From a virus (Duplodnaviria > Caudoviricetes), in the IMG/VR virus record IMGVR_UViG_3300025502_001322, positions 64,001 through 128,000 of that record: 64,000 nucleotides of DNA, one strand, 5' to 3'. The notes beneath the pieces were generated by a model. It ran no database searches, was not told where the DNA came from, and saw only the letters and a list, made by a program, of their open reading frames with translations. This document shows, one piece after another, positions 36,735 through 46,527 of this stretch (the stretch's first letter is position 1; each line of letters starts with the position of its first letter). A program made the position numbers and the translations under genes.

Positions 36735-38074
36735 AATGTGTTGTACCAATCTGCTAGTTCTGGAAAAGTTGCTGTCAAGTTCTTTCCTCTACGTTTGTCG
36801 TACTGCTCGTGAAACTTTTTAAAGTCGTTGTGTAGTTTGGGCATGTCGAATGTGTCTGAATGTGGTGTCTCCACTACATCCAAGTAATCAATTAATCTTA
36901 TGATGTGGTTAATCTCATGTTCGTGTAACAACTGCCCAATTGGTCTTGCCATCTGATAATCCAACCATGTGCGTAAACGTTCTTTGTGCTTAATTCTAAT
37001 TTCTTTAGGGAACACTAACGGACTTTGGAAACTAGGGAAGCGTAAGATATTAAGCGTAAAACTTACAGCATGTTTACCGTGTTTTGACTTCCATCCAACT
37101 AATAAATCTAAAAAGTCAGTTAGACTTTCCAAACACAATGCATTAATTGTACACATTACATGTAACCCACGTAATTTATTTCTATGTACTTGTAGTATTT
37201 TGTTTATGTTATCACACCATAGTTCCCATTCCAGCCCATCACGTATATACTCTGCATGACCGTTAACACTTTCATTGCTGGTGTACACATCAATTGGTTG
37301 GTCTACACTGTCAAACAACCTACCTACATCTATATCCTTACCTAAGTTACTGTTAATAGCCAGACGTGTTTTGCTTTTACCTTTGTTTTCTTTAAACCAA
37401 TCAATAAGTTTCCAAGTGTAGCCACTCATCAAAGGTTCGCCACCTGTAATGCGTAGTTCGTCTAGTGTTCGGTGTAGGTCTGATTCCCACCACTTGAAGA
37501 ACGCCTCAACATAAGGATTTTCCTCGCCGAATTTATACAACTGCGCACTGTCATGAGCATGGGTAAAATGATTGCGCCCATCAGAAACGAGCCCAGTATA
37601 ACTTCCGTTTGATTTAATGTCCTTAACCCATGTACTACTAAAAGCAGGGTTGCAATAACTGCAAGCAAATTGACAAGTCCTATCGAAACTGATTTCCAAA
37701 GTTCGTAAGTCCACGTCTCTTGTTGCATCTGATTGATATGCATCGTCTAATTCCTTTATAGTGTATATTTTACTTTTATAGACACGGTCAGAAATATTAT
37801 CACGGTTGATATCTTCAATCTTCCAGCAGTACTCACAACCTGGCGGACGTTCTCCTGCCTGCATCTGCGCTCTGTCTTTTTTCTTTTCAGGCGTGTTGTG
37901 TATTGCTTTGGGATTACGCTTAACTTCTTCAATATCAACTTTGTGTGCTGGTGGGTGATGACAACTGGTACTCATGCCACTGCCTAACCATATGGTGGCG
38001 TTATACCATTTCGCTCCACAAAAGCTCGCTGACTTTGTGTCTAACATTTGTTTCTTAAATTCTAAATCATTCAA
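36731..38074 (-). CDS. Radical SAM protein, type B
   Basis: CGAKW...SCHHP...CEYCW; RTCQFACSYC; TGGEP. Confidence 0.88.
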   Translation of the reverse strand: MNDLEFKKQMLDTKSASFCGAKWYNATIWLGSGMSTSCHHPPAHKVDIEEVKRNPKAIHNTPEKKKDRAQMQAGERPPGCEYCWKIEDINRDNISDRVYKSKIYTIKELDDAYQSDATRDVDLRTLEISFDRTCQFACSYCNPAFSSTWVKDIKSNGSYTGLVSDGRNHFTHAHDSAQLYKFGEENPYVEAFFKWWESDLHRTLDELRITGGEPLMSGYTWKLIDWFKENKGKSKTRLAINSNLGKDIDVGRLFDSVDQPIDVYTSNESVNGHAEYIRDGLEWELWCDNINKILQVHRNKLRGLHVMCTINALCLESLTDFLDLLVGWKSKHGKHAVSFTLNILRFPSFQSPLVFPKEIRIKHKERLRTWLDYQMARPIGQLLHEHEINHIIRLIDYLDVVETPHSDTFDMPKLHNDFKKFHEQYDKRRGKNLTATFPELADWYNTL

Positions 38075-39301
38075 TTACCATACTCCATTGTCATTGAGTA
38101 TTTTTCCATACTCAGGAAATATTGTAACATAATCTTCATTTCTATACAAGTCTTTTTCTTTTGTCCAAAACTTAAACTCGTCCCAGGGTGTGTTGACATT
38201 TAACTCTGATTCATCAAATAACTTTGGTTTTGTTTCAAGTAGTTTTACTATAGACGTTACATTATTTTTTCCTATAAGTTCTACATGAGACTCTAAATGT
38301 TCACGCACAATAGGTTTAATTTTGTCTGGTATTACATTTACGCAATAATAACTGGGCCACTGTACAAGTATTACAAACGGTGTGATCTCAATATTGTGAA
38401 ACATCTTAAACTTTACAAACTGTTCATATACTTCATGAAAGTCCCATACATTAATAGCACTTACACATATGACAGGGACGATACTTACACTATAGTTTGA
38501 CTGTTCTTCTAGTTTGATAAAATCACATAGGTTATTATATACTATTTTCCAATCTGCTGGGTGTCTCACGTAGGTTATCTTTTTGCCCACTGCGTCCAGA
38601 CTGATGTTAACAGTTACATTTTTAAAACCAAGTAAAATGTTACGCCAGGCTTCTGTCAACTTATGTGTGCAGTTTGTGCTTATCTTTAGGTCTATGTCTT
38701 TGGCTTTTCCTGAATCAACAATGCGAGTAAGCAGTTTAGGAACCATGTTATCCAACAGTGGCTCCCCACCATACAGTTCTATTTTTTCTAAGTTATCAAC
38801 ATAGTTATATAGGTCATCCAACTGCTCATCTGTAAAATGTTTTTTAAACTTTTCTCTGGTGTATATTGTATTAGACAACCCATGTTTTTCTTCATAGTGT
38901 TTGCCTTCTATGTGGTACAAGTAACTGTCGTAACTTTGACATGTTCTGCAACGCAGGTTACATATATTACTTACTTTAATGTTTAAGTTTTTAGGTCCTT
39001 TAGTGTAATCTGTGTTAACAAAATCAAACAAGGATAATCTACTTAGTTGATTTACTCTTTCACTTCTATGTCCTAATTTTTCTTCCGACCAACATCTCTG
39101 ACACATGTCTAATTGTTCGCCGTTACTGGATCGCTGTCTAGCATCTTCAAGTTCAGGGCTTGCCCAAATCTCCTTAAAAGTTTTATTAGGAAATTTGTAT
39201 GCCCCGCCCCCCAGCGCAGTACATGGGCTATATGATCCTGCAGGATCTACAGTAGCATCTACATAGAATGCTGGGCAGGTGTTTTCATTAAACTTGTGCA
39301 T
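38075..39301 (-). CDS. Radical SAM protein, divergent type A
   Basis: CPAF...PCT...CQRCW; NICNLRCRTC; YGGEP. Confidence 0.85.
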   Translation of the reverse strand: MHKFNENTCPAFYVDATVDPAGSYSPCTALGGGAYKFPNKTFKEIWASPELEDARQRSSNGEQLDMCQRCWSEEKLGHRSERVNQLSRLSLFDFVNTDYTKGPKNLNIKVSNICNLRCRTCQSYDSYLYHIEGKHYEEKHGLSNTIYTREKFKKHFTDEQLDDLYNYVDNLEKIELYGGEPLLDNMVPKLLTRIVDSGKAKDIDLKISTNCTHKLTEAWRNILLGFKNVTVNISLDAVGKKITYVRHPADWKIVYNNLCDFIKLEEQSNYSVSIVPVICVSAINVWDFHEVYEQFVKFKMFHNIEITPFVILVQWPSYYCVNVIPDKIKPIVREHLESHVELIGKNNVTSIVKLLETKPKLFDESELNVNTPWDEFKFWTKEKDLYRNEDYVTIFPEYGKILNDNGVW

Positions 39302-40658
39302 GGTACCTACATTCTGACCACCAGGATTCCATTTCCGGGAAAGTTTCTAAAAAGTTTGTATTTCTACGTTTATCGTGTTCATTGAAAAATAAAAAGAAGT
39401 TTCTCTTTTGTTGTTTAATGTACTCTCCATCCAGTTGTTGGCCTTCTCGCATCCAAGCAATGGTTCTTCGCATACGTTGTACCTCAAAGTCTTTAAAACC
39501 TGTACTGTATTCTATATTCTCTTCCATCCAGTCAGCAACTTCGTCTAGACGTTGTGCATAACTTTCTGGTAGTATTTGTAAACTCTGCCAAGCAGGTTGT
39601 CTAAGTAAAGGAGTATCAAACCAAATTTTATTGTACTCTTTATTGTGTTGACGTCGCAATTCTAATATCCAGCCTAGCAATTTTTGTAATCTGATAACAC
39701 TTAAATTATTCATTGTAATAATAAATGTTAGACTGTTCTTGTATTTAACTTCACGTAGGTAATGCTCTACGTATCCTGTCAAGCGTTGCATTTTTAAACC
39801 ATCACGTATGTACTCTGCTTGTACACCCATGCTGTCTACACTAACATACTGCATAAAGTGTTCTAAGTAGTTGCTCGAACACATCTTCTTAACGTATTCT
39901 ATGTACTTGATAAACAAACCATTCTCAACACTGAAGTTACTGGTAACATTTAAATGTAAATCAGGCTTAGGCAATGCTAACACGTACTCAAACACACGGT
40001 ATGTGTTACGATCCATTAGTGGCTCACCACCAGTCATTCTAAAGTGTTCTAGTTTGGGGTATAGTTCTGGCCACCATTTCCAAAATGCGTCAACATATGG
40101 ATTTTCTTCTCTATTAGGAACAGGTCGCCTGTCTCCCATAAAGTGTTCTGGTGCATTGTGTGGTTGTATTGTTGGGTAAGCACCTTTGTCTTGTACTTCT
40201 TTTGCCCAACTTGAACTAAACTGTGGGCTACAATAACTGCACCTAAGGTTACATGCGTTGTTAAAATTGACTTCCACATAACTAGGTATAACATCTTCTT
40301 GCCAGTCTATTGTGGCAGGATCCATTTGTGCCCAGGGCTCACCTGAACGATAATGTCTATCACTCAAGTTACCTGCATCTTCTATTGCCCAACAGTAACT
40401 ACACTCTTCAGGACGCTTGCCCTCTATCATTAACTTACGTTGTTGTTTTTTATGCTCTGTGTTATGTAGTGCGCTGGGATTCTTTTGTATTGCCGCTAAA
40501 GGTATTTTGTGCAACGGTGGATGATAGCAACTGTTGTTAAGTCCTGTGGGCAGGTGCAAACTTACTTGTTTCCATTTTGCATAGCAAAGACTAGGACCCA
40601 ACTGGTCCTTCATGGCCTCTGCCGCTGACATAAATTCGCTTTGATCGCCTTTTGTCAT
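39288..40658 (-). CDS. Radical SAM protein, type B
   Basis: CYAKW...SCYHP...CSYCW; NACNLRCSYC; TGGEP. Confidence 0.88.
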   Translation of the reverse strand: MTKGDQSEFMSAAEAMKDQLGPSLCYAKWKQVSLHLPTGLNNSCYHPPLHKIPLAAIQKNPSALHNTEHKKQQRKLMIEGKRPEECSYCWAIEDAGNLSDRHYRSGEPWAQMDPATIDWQEDVIPSYVEVNFNNACNLRCSYCSPQFSSSWAKEVQDKGAYPTIQPHNAPEHFMGDRRPVPNREENPYVDAFWKWWPELYPKLEHFRMTGGEPLMDRNTYRVFEYVLALPKPDLHLNVTSNFSVENGLFIKYIEYVKKMCSSNYLEHFMQYVSVDSMGVQAEYIRDGLKMQRLTGYVEHYLREVKYKNSLTFIITMNNLSVIRLQKLLGWILELRRQHNKEYNKIWFDTPLLRQPAWQSLQILPESYAQRLDEVADWMEENIEYSTGFKDFEVQRMRRTIAWMREGQQLDGEYIKQQKRNFFLFFNEHDKRRNTNFLETFPEMESWWSECRYHAQV

Positions 40659-41632
40659 ACTACTCTTCTCTTTGATCCGTTACGTCTAACATCAAGTGTT
40701 AAACAATGTATACCGGCTTCCCAAAACATGCCGTGTCTTACGGGAACATGGTGTACTGTTATGCCATGTGCTTCTACTTCAGGTAACTCTATACTACTTA
40801 CAATGTTTTCGCTGTCCACAACTAAAACGTTACTTTCAAATGCTGTGTCTTGTGCGAGTCCTTGCCACTGTTCCAGCCACGTAAATAAATTTTTCCTGTT
40901 ACCCTGTTGTATGTCTTTTAAACTTTCACTATACTTGAAAGTTCTATTGTTTAGTTCTATAATTGTTTTGCTACGTAAGCATTGTGGTACCCACGAGATG
41001 TCAACACAAAACACTGTGTCATCATCCGTCATGTAAAAGCCTTGATCTATGTGGCCCCATCGACCTTGTCTTGTGTCTACGTTTTTTACTAGAGTGCCTT
41101 CACAGTTTCTCTCCATCCAGTCATACCCATTTTGGTTACCCGGACCGTAGTCATTAATAATTATGCTATCACCTGCCTTAAACATTGTAGCAGTGTGCCA
41201 TAACAATTTATTTTTATATTCGTGATGATACGGTGTGGCAACCATTTGGTAGGATAACTGTTCTAGTATAGGCGGTGGCTGACTTAACCAGTTATGTCCT
41301 TGCATAAACAGTTGTGCAAATACATCATAATAACATAAGCCGTCCCAGTATCTATCCTTCATACTTGTATATGTTTGGTATACACAATCGCCATATACCA
41401 AATACTGATCACGTGGCACAATAGGATATATTTGACTAGGCTGTAGATCGCCTATTGTTGGGCGGTGTACTTTAATGCCTAACTTAGTTAAGTAGTTGGC
41501 TAAGTTATCTAAATCCTCTTTTGTTTCTGTTAGTATTTTATCTAACTCAGGCACGCCTGGATATGTAGGTCTGCAATCTCCTACTATAACTTCTTCAAGT
41601 GGATCCCATTCAGTCCAGACTGTCACCAACAA
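40655..41632 (-). CDS. Amidinotransferase (glycine/inosamine-phosphate amidinotransferase family)
   Basis: TEWDPLEEVIVG, PRDQ, GHID, GIHCLTLDVRR (catalytic Asp/His/Cys pattern). Confidence 0.88.
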   Translation of the reverse strand: MLVTVWTEWDPLEEVIVGDCRPTYPGVPELDKILTETKEDLDNLANYLTKLGIKVHRPTIGDLQPSQIYPIVPRDQYLVYGDCVYQTYTSMKDRYWDGLCYYDVFAQLFMQGHNWLSQPPPILEQLSYQMVATPYHHEYKNKLLWHTATMFKAGDSIIINDYGPGNQNGYDWMERNCEGTLVKNVDTRQGRWGHIDQGFYMTDDDTVFCVDISWVPQCLRSKTIIELNNRTFKYSESLKDIQQGNRKNLFTWLEQWQGLAQDTAFESNVLVVDSENIVSSIELPEVEAHGITVHHVPVRHGMFWEAGIHCLTLDVRRNGSKRRVV

Positions 41633-42086
41633 TCTCCTTTAAGTATTCTGGTTCCCAAAATGTATAATAATCTGTTTTTGCTAACTGCGTACGTGCGCCT
41701 AGTAGTTTCTGTTTATTTTGACACAGTATTAACTTATACTTGCCGTTATTAGTCTGCACACCGTTAATGTGTGTTTCTTTTTCACTGTCAGGTAAAAATA
41801 TCATATCAGGATATTGTTCTGCTAATCTAGCACAATGCTCTTTTAGTTCGTTGTGTGTCAGCGGGTTGTTATGACTTAACTTCTGTTCACTACAGATTAG
41901 TATCAGTACATCACACTTAATGTCTGGCAGTTCTTTAAGGTCTCTAATTTGTACATTAACTGCTCGCATCTTAGCCAGGTGTGCATAAGGACAAACACGA
42001 TTGCCGCCTAATTCTTCGTAAGGCATTACTAAACGTTTAATCCAGATTAATAGATGATTTTGTTGTTCATGTGTTGCTAAACGCAT
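41610..42086 (-). CDS. Hypothetical protein, DUF1415-like CPYA motif
   Basis: LGGNRVCPYA. Confidence 0.55.
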   Translation of the reverse strand: MRLATHEQQNHLLIWIKRLVMPYEELGGNRVCPYAHLAKMRAVNVQIRDLKELPDIKCDVLILICSEQKLSHNNPLTHNELKEHCARLAEQYPDMIFLPDSEKETHINGVQTNNGKYKLILCQNKQKLLGARTQLAKTDYYTFWEPEYLKEIVGDSLD

Positions 42087-43254
42087 TGTCTAACCTTTCG
42101 TTTAACTCGTCCCAATAACCATTATCTTCTATACCGACAGGAACACATAATGTTAAATGATTATTGTCATAATAACATCCTAATCCGCTGGGCATTATTC
42201 CACTCTCTAACAACTTAAGTTGTGTTATTGGGTTAACTAGCTCAACACTACACAAAATACCTTTGTGCCAGCCTTGTTTAATGTGACCCTTTGTTAGCCT
42301 CTCAGTAATTAAACTGTTGAACCTAGAAGTAATATTATTAAAGGCTGTTTCTTCTGGCCAATGTCTCCAGATCCAGTTTGCGGCATCAACTCCTGCCATG
42401 TTAGGACTCCAGGTGTGACTAAAACCAAACTTCGCACTTACTGATCTTGTGATATCCTCGCTCATACACACTGTGCTTAGTGGTGTGTATCCACCAGTAA
42501 TACTTTTACCACTTATTACCAGATCAGGTAAGATGCCCTGTGCATTGTGTGTAAATCGTGTACCTGTTTTACCATAGCCGCCCATGACATCATCAACAAT
42601 CAGTAAACATTCATACTTGTCGCACAACCTACGCACTTCATGCCACCAGGAATCCGACCAGGGGCGCAATTTTTCTATCCAGGGTATGGACTCCATAAAC
42701 ACTGTGCCGATATTGTGATTATTCTTTAATAGATCCTCTACCTGTTGTAAAGCGGCATTTTCATGATGTTGTCTTGCGACTATAGTTGGCCATATACCAG
42801 TATCCACAATGTGGCACCAGGGAACCTCGAATTCACCACGTAATATACTAGGCAAAAGACTTGTACCACTATACCCTGGTGCAAAACATATTATTTCCTG
42901 TCTATTGGGATTATGTTTTTTAAAATACAAATCTTTAAGGTAAAACGCAAGCTCTACGGCATCAGTACCACTAACTGCCCATGCTACACTGTGTAATCCA
43001 CTTTCCTGTGTGATATTGTTGGCAAGTAAATCTACAGACTCGGTGCTTTCGCTTGCCTTGTAGTTTACCCATGATACTTTATTTGTTATACCATGTACTG
43101 CCCAGAGTATATTCCAGTGGTTGTATCCCCAGATAAATGTCTGATTGCCACAACTGATGTCAAACAATCTTCCAGCATTGGTGTCACAATACCACCTGTC
43201 TTGTTTGCTTACGAGTAAGTTTACTCGATCATCGGTTAACTCTGCTAATTCCAT
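42067..43254 (-). CDS. Class III PLP-dependent aminotransferase
   Basis: SGTDAVE, FMES, LIVDDVMGGYGKTG, PDLVISGKSITGG, HTW. Confidence 0.9.
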   Translation of the reverse strand: MELAELTDDRVNLLVSKQDRWYCDTNAGRLFDISCGNQTFIWGYNHWNILWAVHGITNKVSWVNYKASESTESVDLLANNITQESGLHSVAWAVSGTDAVELAFYLKDLYFKKHNPNRQEIICFAPGYSGTSLLPSILRGEFEVPWCHIVDTGIWPTIVARQHHENAALQQVEDLLKNNHNIGTVFMESIPWIEKLRPWSDSWWHEVRRLCDKYECLLIVDDVMGGYGKTGTRFTHNAQGILPDLVISGKSITGGYTPLSTVCMSEDITRSVSAKFGFSHTWSPNMAGVDAANWIWRHWPEETAFNNITSRFNSLITERLTKGHIKQGWHKGILCSVELVNPITQLKLLESGIMPSGLGCYYDNNHLTLCVPVGIEDNGYWDELNERLDNAFSNT

Positions 43255-44177
43255 TACCAGCCTTCAACAATCCTGATAATGTCTATTTCTCTGGTCATGG
43301 GCTTTATGTTAAAATGTTTTCCGGTTAGGTGATGCTTTAGAAATTTACTTTGCTCTGCATCTAGTGTAACAATTGGCAGTCCTAATCGTTTTGATAGAAC
43401 AGTTTCCAATATCTTACTGTGTTCTACTGGGTCGTTGTCTTTAACTGACTCCCATAACTTTTCTAGTTCCACAAAGTCTTGTACACGCTTGTAAGGCCAG
43501 TCTTCCAACATGGTCATGTAAGTACCAAGTCGTGCGCCATACATTGCCCAGATGCCGTTAGTTATGTCCTGTCCAACACTTTGCCAAATACATAACTGAT
43601 CGTAATTCCTATTGTTTACTTTTTTATCAAACTCCAACAGCGATGGTTTAACTCCACGATCCAAACACATCTTTACACCTTCTCTAAATCCTGCTCGCCA
43701 TGCTTGAAAAGGTGTTTGGTTAGGATAGGTAGTACTATAACAATTATGCATTGCCAAATATCGTTTGTCGAAACAAAACTCCACTGCGGTATCATCACTA
43801 CCGTCTGAGTTTTCGTGTGTGCGCATATCGGCAACAAAGTCTTTTGTCCAGCAACTGATACCACCATTGCCATACATAAGTCCGTTTATCTCATTGCGGG
43901 CTCTCCATCTAAACACACAGTCTCGATTTGTATCATCTAGCTCTAACTGTATGTTAAAGAAGTCTGGATCAGGCAAGTTGTCACCGTCTATTAACACAAA
44001 CCTATATGTGTCACTTGCTTCACCTGCGGCTTTGTGTGCATTATCACTGCCTTGCACACCGTCCACACGTTTGGCCCAAGGTACTATGTTTTGTATTTTA
44101 ATCCAGAACTCTTCCTTCTTGGGCTCGTCATACGTTAAAAATATGACATCTAAATCTGCTACATCAATAATGTCCAT
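43254..44177 (-). CDS. GT-A fold glycosyltransferase-like protein
   Basis: VIFLTYDEP, RVDGVQG, LIDGDN (DxD), YGNGG, AWRAGFREGVKM. Confidence 0.7.
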   Translation of the reverse strand: MDIIDVADLDVIFLTYDEPKKEEFWIKIQNIVPWAKRVDGVQGSDNAHKAAGEASDTYRFVLIDGDNLPDPDFFNIQLELDDTNRDCVFRWRARNEINGLMYGNGGISCWTKDFVADMRTHENSDGSDDTAVEFCFDKRYLAMHNCYSTTYPNQTPFQAWRAGFREGVKMCLDRGVKPSLLEFDKKVNNRNYDQLCIWQSVGQDITNGIWAMYGARLGTYMTMLEDWPYKRVQDFVELEKLWESVKDNDPVEHSKILETVLSKRLGLPIVTLDAEQSKFLKHHLTGKHFNIKPMTREIDIIRIVEGW

Positions 44178-44529
44178 GGTCCCAATACTCCGGATTGTTG
44201 TCATCAGGAAATGCTAGGTTGTTACGCATAACACTGTAGCCTGAATTGCTTGGTTTTAGTAATTTAGTCTTTACCTTATGTGGTATATCTGTTATCGTGC
44301 CGTCCTTAATAATACAGTTATGTAACTTATGCATAACTGTATTATATTCGTTCCAGTTCATTTCCAAACAAGGACCAGTGGGGTCTCCCGGTTCATTATG
44401 AACTTGCTTAGTTACTTCTCCTTCACTATTATAATATATTCTGTATGTTTCTACAATAGCTTTAGGTGGAATAAACTCAGTTACGGCTTTGGAAAATTCG
44501 CTCCAGGCTTTGGATTGCTTGTCTGACAA
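44164..44529 (-). CDS. Hypothetical protein
   Basis: 121 aa ORF in the operon. Confidence 0.6.
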   Translation of the reverse strand: MSDKQSKAWSEFSKAVTEFIPPKAIVETYRIYYNSEGEVTKQVHNEPGDPTGPCLEMNWNEYNTVMHKLHNCIIKDGTITDIPHKVKTKLLKPSNSGYSVMRNNLAFPDDNNPEYWDHGHY

Positions 44530-45328
44530 ACTCTTTGTCCTTTATAAAATAATGCACAGGATACATCTGCTTTTGTGTGTTCAAACTTAACACCCCATCA
44601 TTGCCAAACTGTGCTAGTACATGATCTTGCCAGTTTAAATTAGGATGCCAACTGTTAACTGCACCTTTCATATGCACAAAACTTGGTATAGCATGTGGTA
44701 AATAACACCGTTCTTCTCCTACTAGCTTTGCTGTTACTGCATATGCAACGTCGGTACTAACCCTATCTTCCCTACAATTTTTAAGTATTCTATCTCTGAA
44801 TCTTGGCCAATGTTGGTATACATACCTTAGTTGCCGCCAGAACTCCTGACTGGTATGCCCATACCTAAAATAACTAAATCCGTTGTACGTGTTTAATAAA
44901 TTATTTTCCACAAACAATTTACGGTAAGTCATCGTGTTATTGATGTTGCCTTCCCAGTCTCGTATATTTGTACAAATGCAGACCTCACGCTCCTGCATTG
45001 CAGACCACCAATGATCTATGTTGGTGGTTAATAATATGTCTGATTCAATTTTTACTGTCTCCTTGAAGGGAGTCAATGGACCCACCTGCCATTCGTTGGC
45101 CAGTTTCCAGTCATCATCGACGGCATCGTCCTGTTGTAAATCAATTACATGGTCAAATACAGCCAGGTACTTTTCCTTCATTGCCAGTCTGGTTTGTTTA
45201 TCAACCAGTACTGCATAGTTGGTATATTTTTTCTGTGTTAGTTTAATACTCAGAGCCTGCAGATACGCTAACTCTAAGTAGTCAGTAGTACTATTGTTCT
45301 GTGCTATTGTCACGTACCCTGATGTCAT
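44477..45328 (-). CDS. GT8-like glycosyltransferase, paralogue 1
   Basis: GYVTIAQN...YLELA...TPFKETVKIESDILL...DVAYA...HMKG. Confidence 0.6.
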   Translation of the reverse strand: MTSGYVTIAQNNSTTDYLELAYLQALSIKLTQKKYTNYAVLVDKQTRLAMKEKYLAVFDHVIDLQQDDAVDDDWKLANEWQVGPLTPFKETVKIESDILLTTNIDHWWSAMQEREVCICTNIRDWEGNINNTMTYRKLFVENNLLNTYNGFSYFRYGHTSQEFWRQLRYVYQHWPRFRDRILKNCREDRVSTDVAYAVTAKLVGEERCYLPHAIPSFVHMKGAVNSWHPNLNWQDHVLAQFGNDGVLSLNTQKQMYPVHYFIKDKEFVRQAIQSLERIFQSRN

Positions 45329-46155
45329 ATAAAATCCACTAACGACTTTTTATCCATAATATGTATGTCTTGTCGGACCCTGCCTACATAGTTATGCTTT
45401 TGTTTTTCGTAGACATATTTTATCCCACGTTCATTGTAGTCAATGATCTTTGCTCTAGATGTCAGTGTGGGCAATGCCCATGGTATGCTATATGTATTTG
45501 TGCCATAGCCTCCCAGTATGTGTAATGCTATACTAAGTGCAAAATCGTTCCTAAATACTTTGCGGTTAAATTGGTATAGTGATGAATAATACTCCCAGTG
45601 TTCTTTAACTAACTTCATCATCGTAAATACATTTTCTGAAAAGTTGCACTTGTCGAACAAAACTGCTGTTGCCCATACCATTGGTATAGTGTAACTGTTT
45701 AACCTCTTGTCGGAGTTATATAAGTTCTGCCCGGTAACATCTAACACACTGTAGTGACATGTAAATTCAATATCCAGATCAAACAATTTTTTGTAGTTGT
45801 TTGACATTATCAAGTAGTCAGCATCTAGTAAAAGTGTCCGATCAAAAGGCGTTAGGTCATATGCATCACTGCGACTGCCATTTATCCAGGGAGTTGACAA
45901 TGATTCGCCGTTAAAGTAAAACACCCTTTTGTTCGTGTCTTCAGTATTATCCATGATGACATGGTCAAACATGGTGGTGTCTGATTCATCACGTGTCTTG
46001 GTGTCAGTAATTACTGCTACTGGTAACTGTAAATGTTCTTTTATCAATCCACAATTATGTTGTGCTATGCGCATGTAATCCAGTTTAGAATTACGTGCGA
46101 ACATTAGTACACCTTTAGACTTGGGTTGCTCGCCTGGTTTGTTTGAGTTGCTCAT
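45325..46155 (-). CDS. GT8-like glycosyltransferase, paralogue 2
   Basis: KGVLMFA...YMRIA...TPFDRTLLLDADYL (DxD)...RNDFA...HIMDK. Confidence 0.65.
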   Translation of the reverse strand: MSNSNKPGEQPKSKGVLMFARNSKLDYMRIAQHNCGLIKEHLQLPVAVITDTKTRDESDTTMFDHVIMDNTEDTNKRVFYFNGESLSTPWINGSRSDAYDLTPFDRTLLLDADYLIMSNNYKKLFDLDIEFTCHYSVLDVTGQNLYNSDKRLNSYTIPMVWATAVLFDKCNFSENVFTMMKLVKEHWEYYSSLYQFNRKVFRNDFALSIALHILGGYGTNTYSIPWALPTLTSRAKIIDYNERGIKYVYEKQKHNYVGRVRQDIHIMDKKSLVDFI

Positions 46156-46438
46156 ATTCTACATGGTATGCATTAATCTTTTGTTGGTATGATTGTTTAG
46201 CATATTCTAATAATGTTGTTCTTTGTACCTGAATAGGATTTTCGTAGGTGTCTACCATATAGATAGTGTCCTCTTCCCAGGCATTTAGAAATGCTATTAG
46301 ACCTTGATCTGCCTTAAACATACCACCATTGTGTGCAACGTATAGATCTGAATCTATACGTTCTTTAAGATTCTTTTTTGCTACAGCAAGTTCGAAACGA
46401 GCCTGTGCGAACTGTTCTAATTTATCTACTTTGTCCAT
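46115..46438 (-). CDS. Hypothetical protein
   Basis: 107 aa ORF, first gene after the structural genes. Confidence 0.65.
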   Translation of the reverse strand: MDKVDKLEQFAQARFELAVAKKNLKERIDSDLYVAHNGGMFKADQGLIAFLNAWEEDTIYMVDTYENPIQVQRTTLLEYAKQSYQQKINAYHVEYEQLKQTRRATQV

Positions 46439-46527
46439 GTTGGTATTTTACATTAATATTGTTGAATAGTCAATACAAAAATGGCACTATTTCTAGTGCC
46501 AAATTTGTGTTTATTTGTAAAACTAAG

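Noticed and set aside
31400-40658. Viperin-like antiviral radical SAM array
   Set aside because: N-terminal Cys clusters and ~400-480 aa length differ from viperins; no supporting motif recognised
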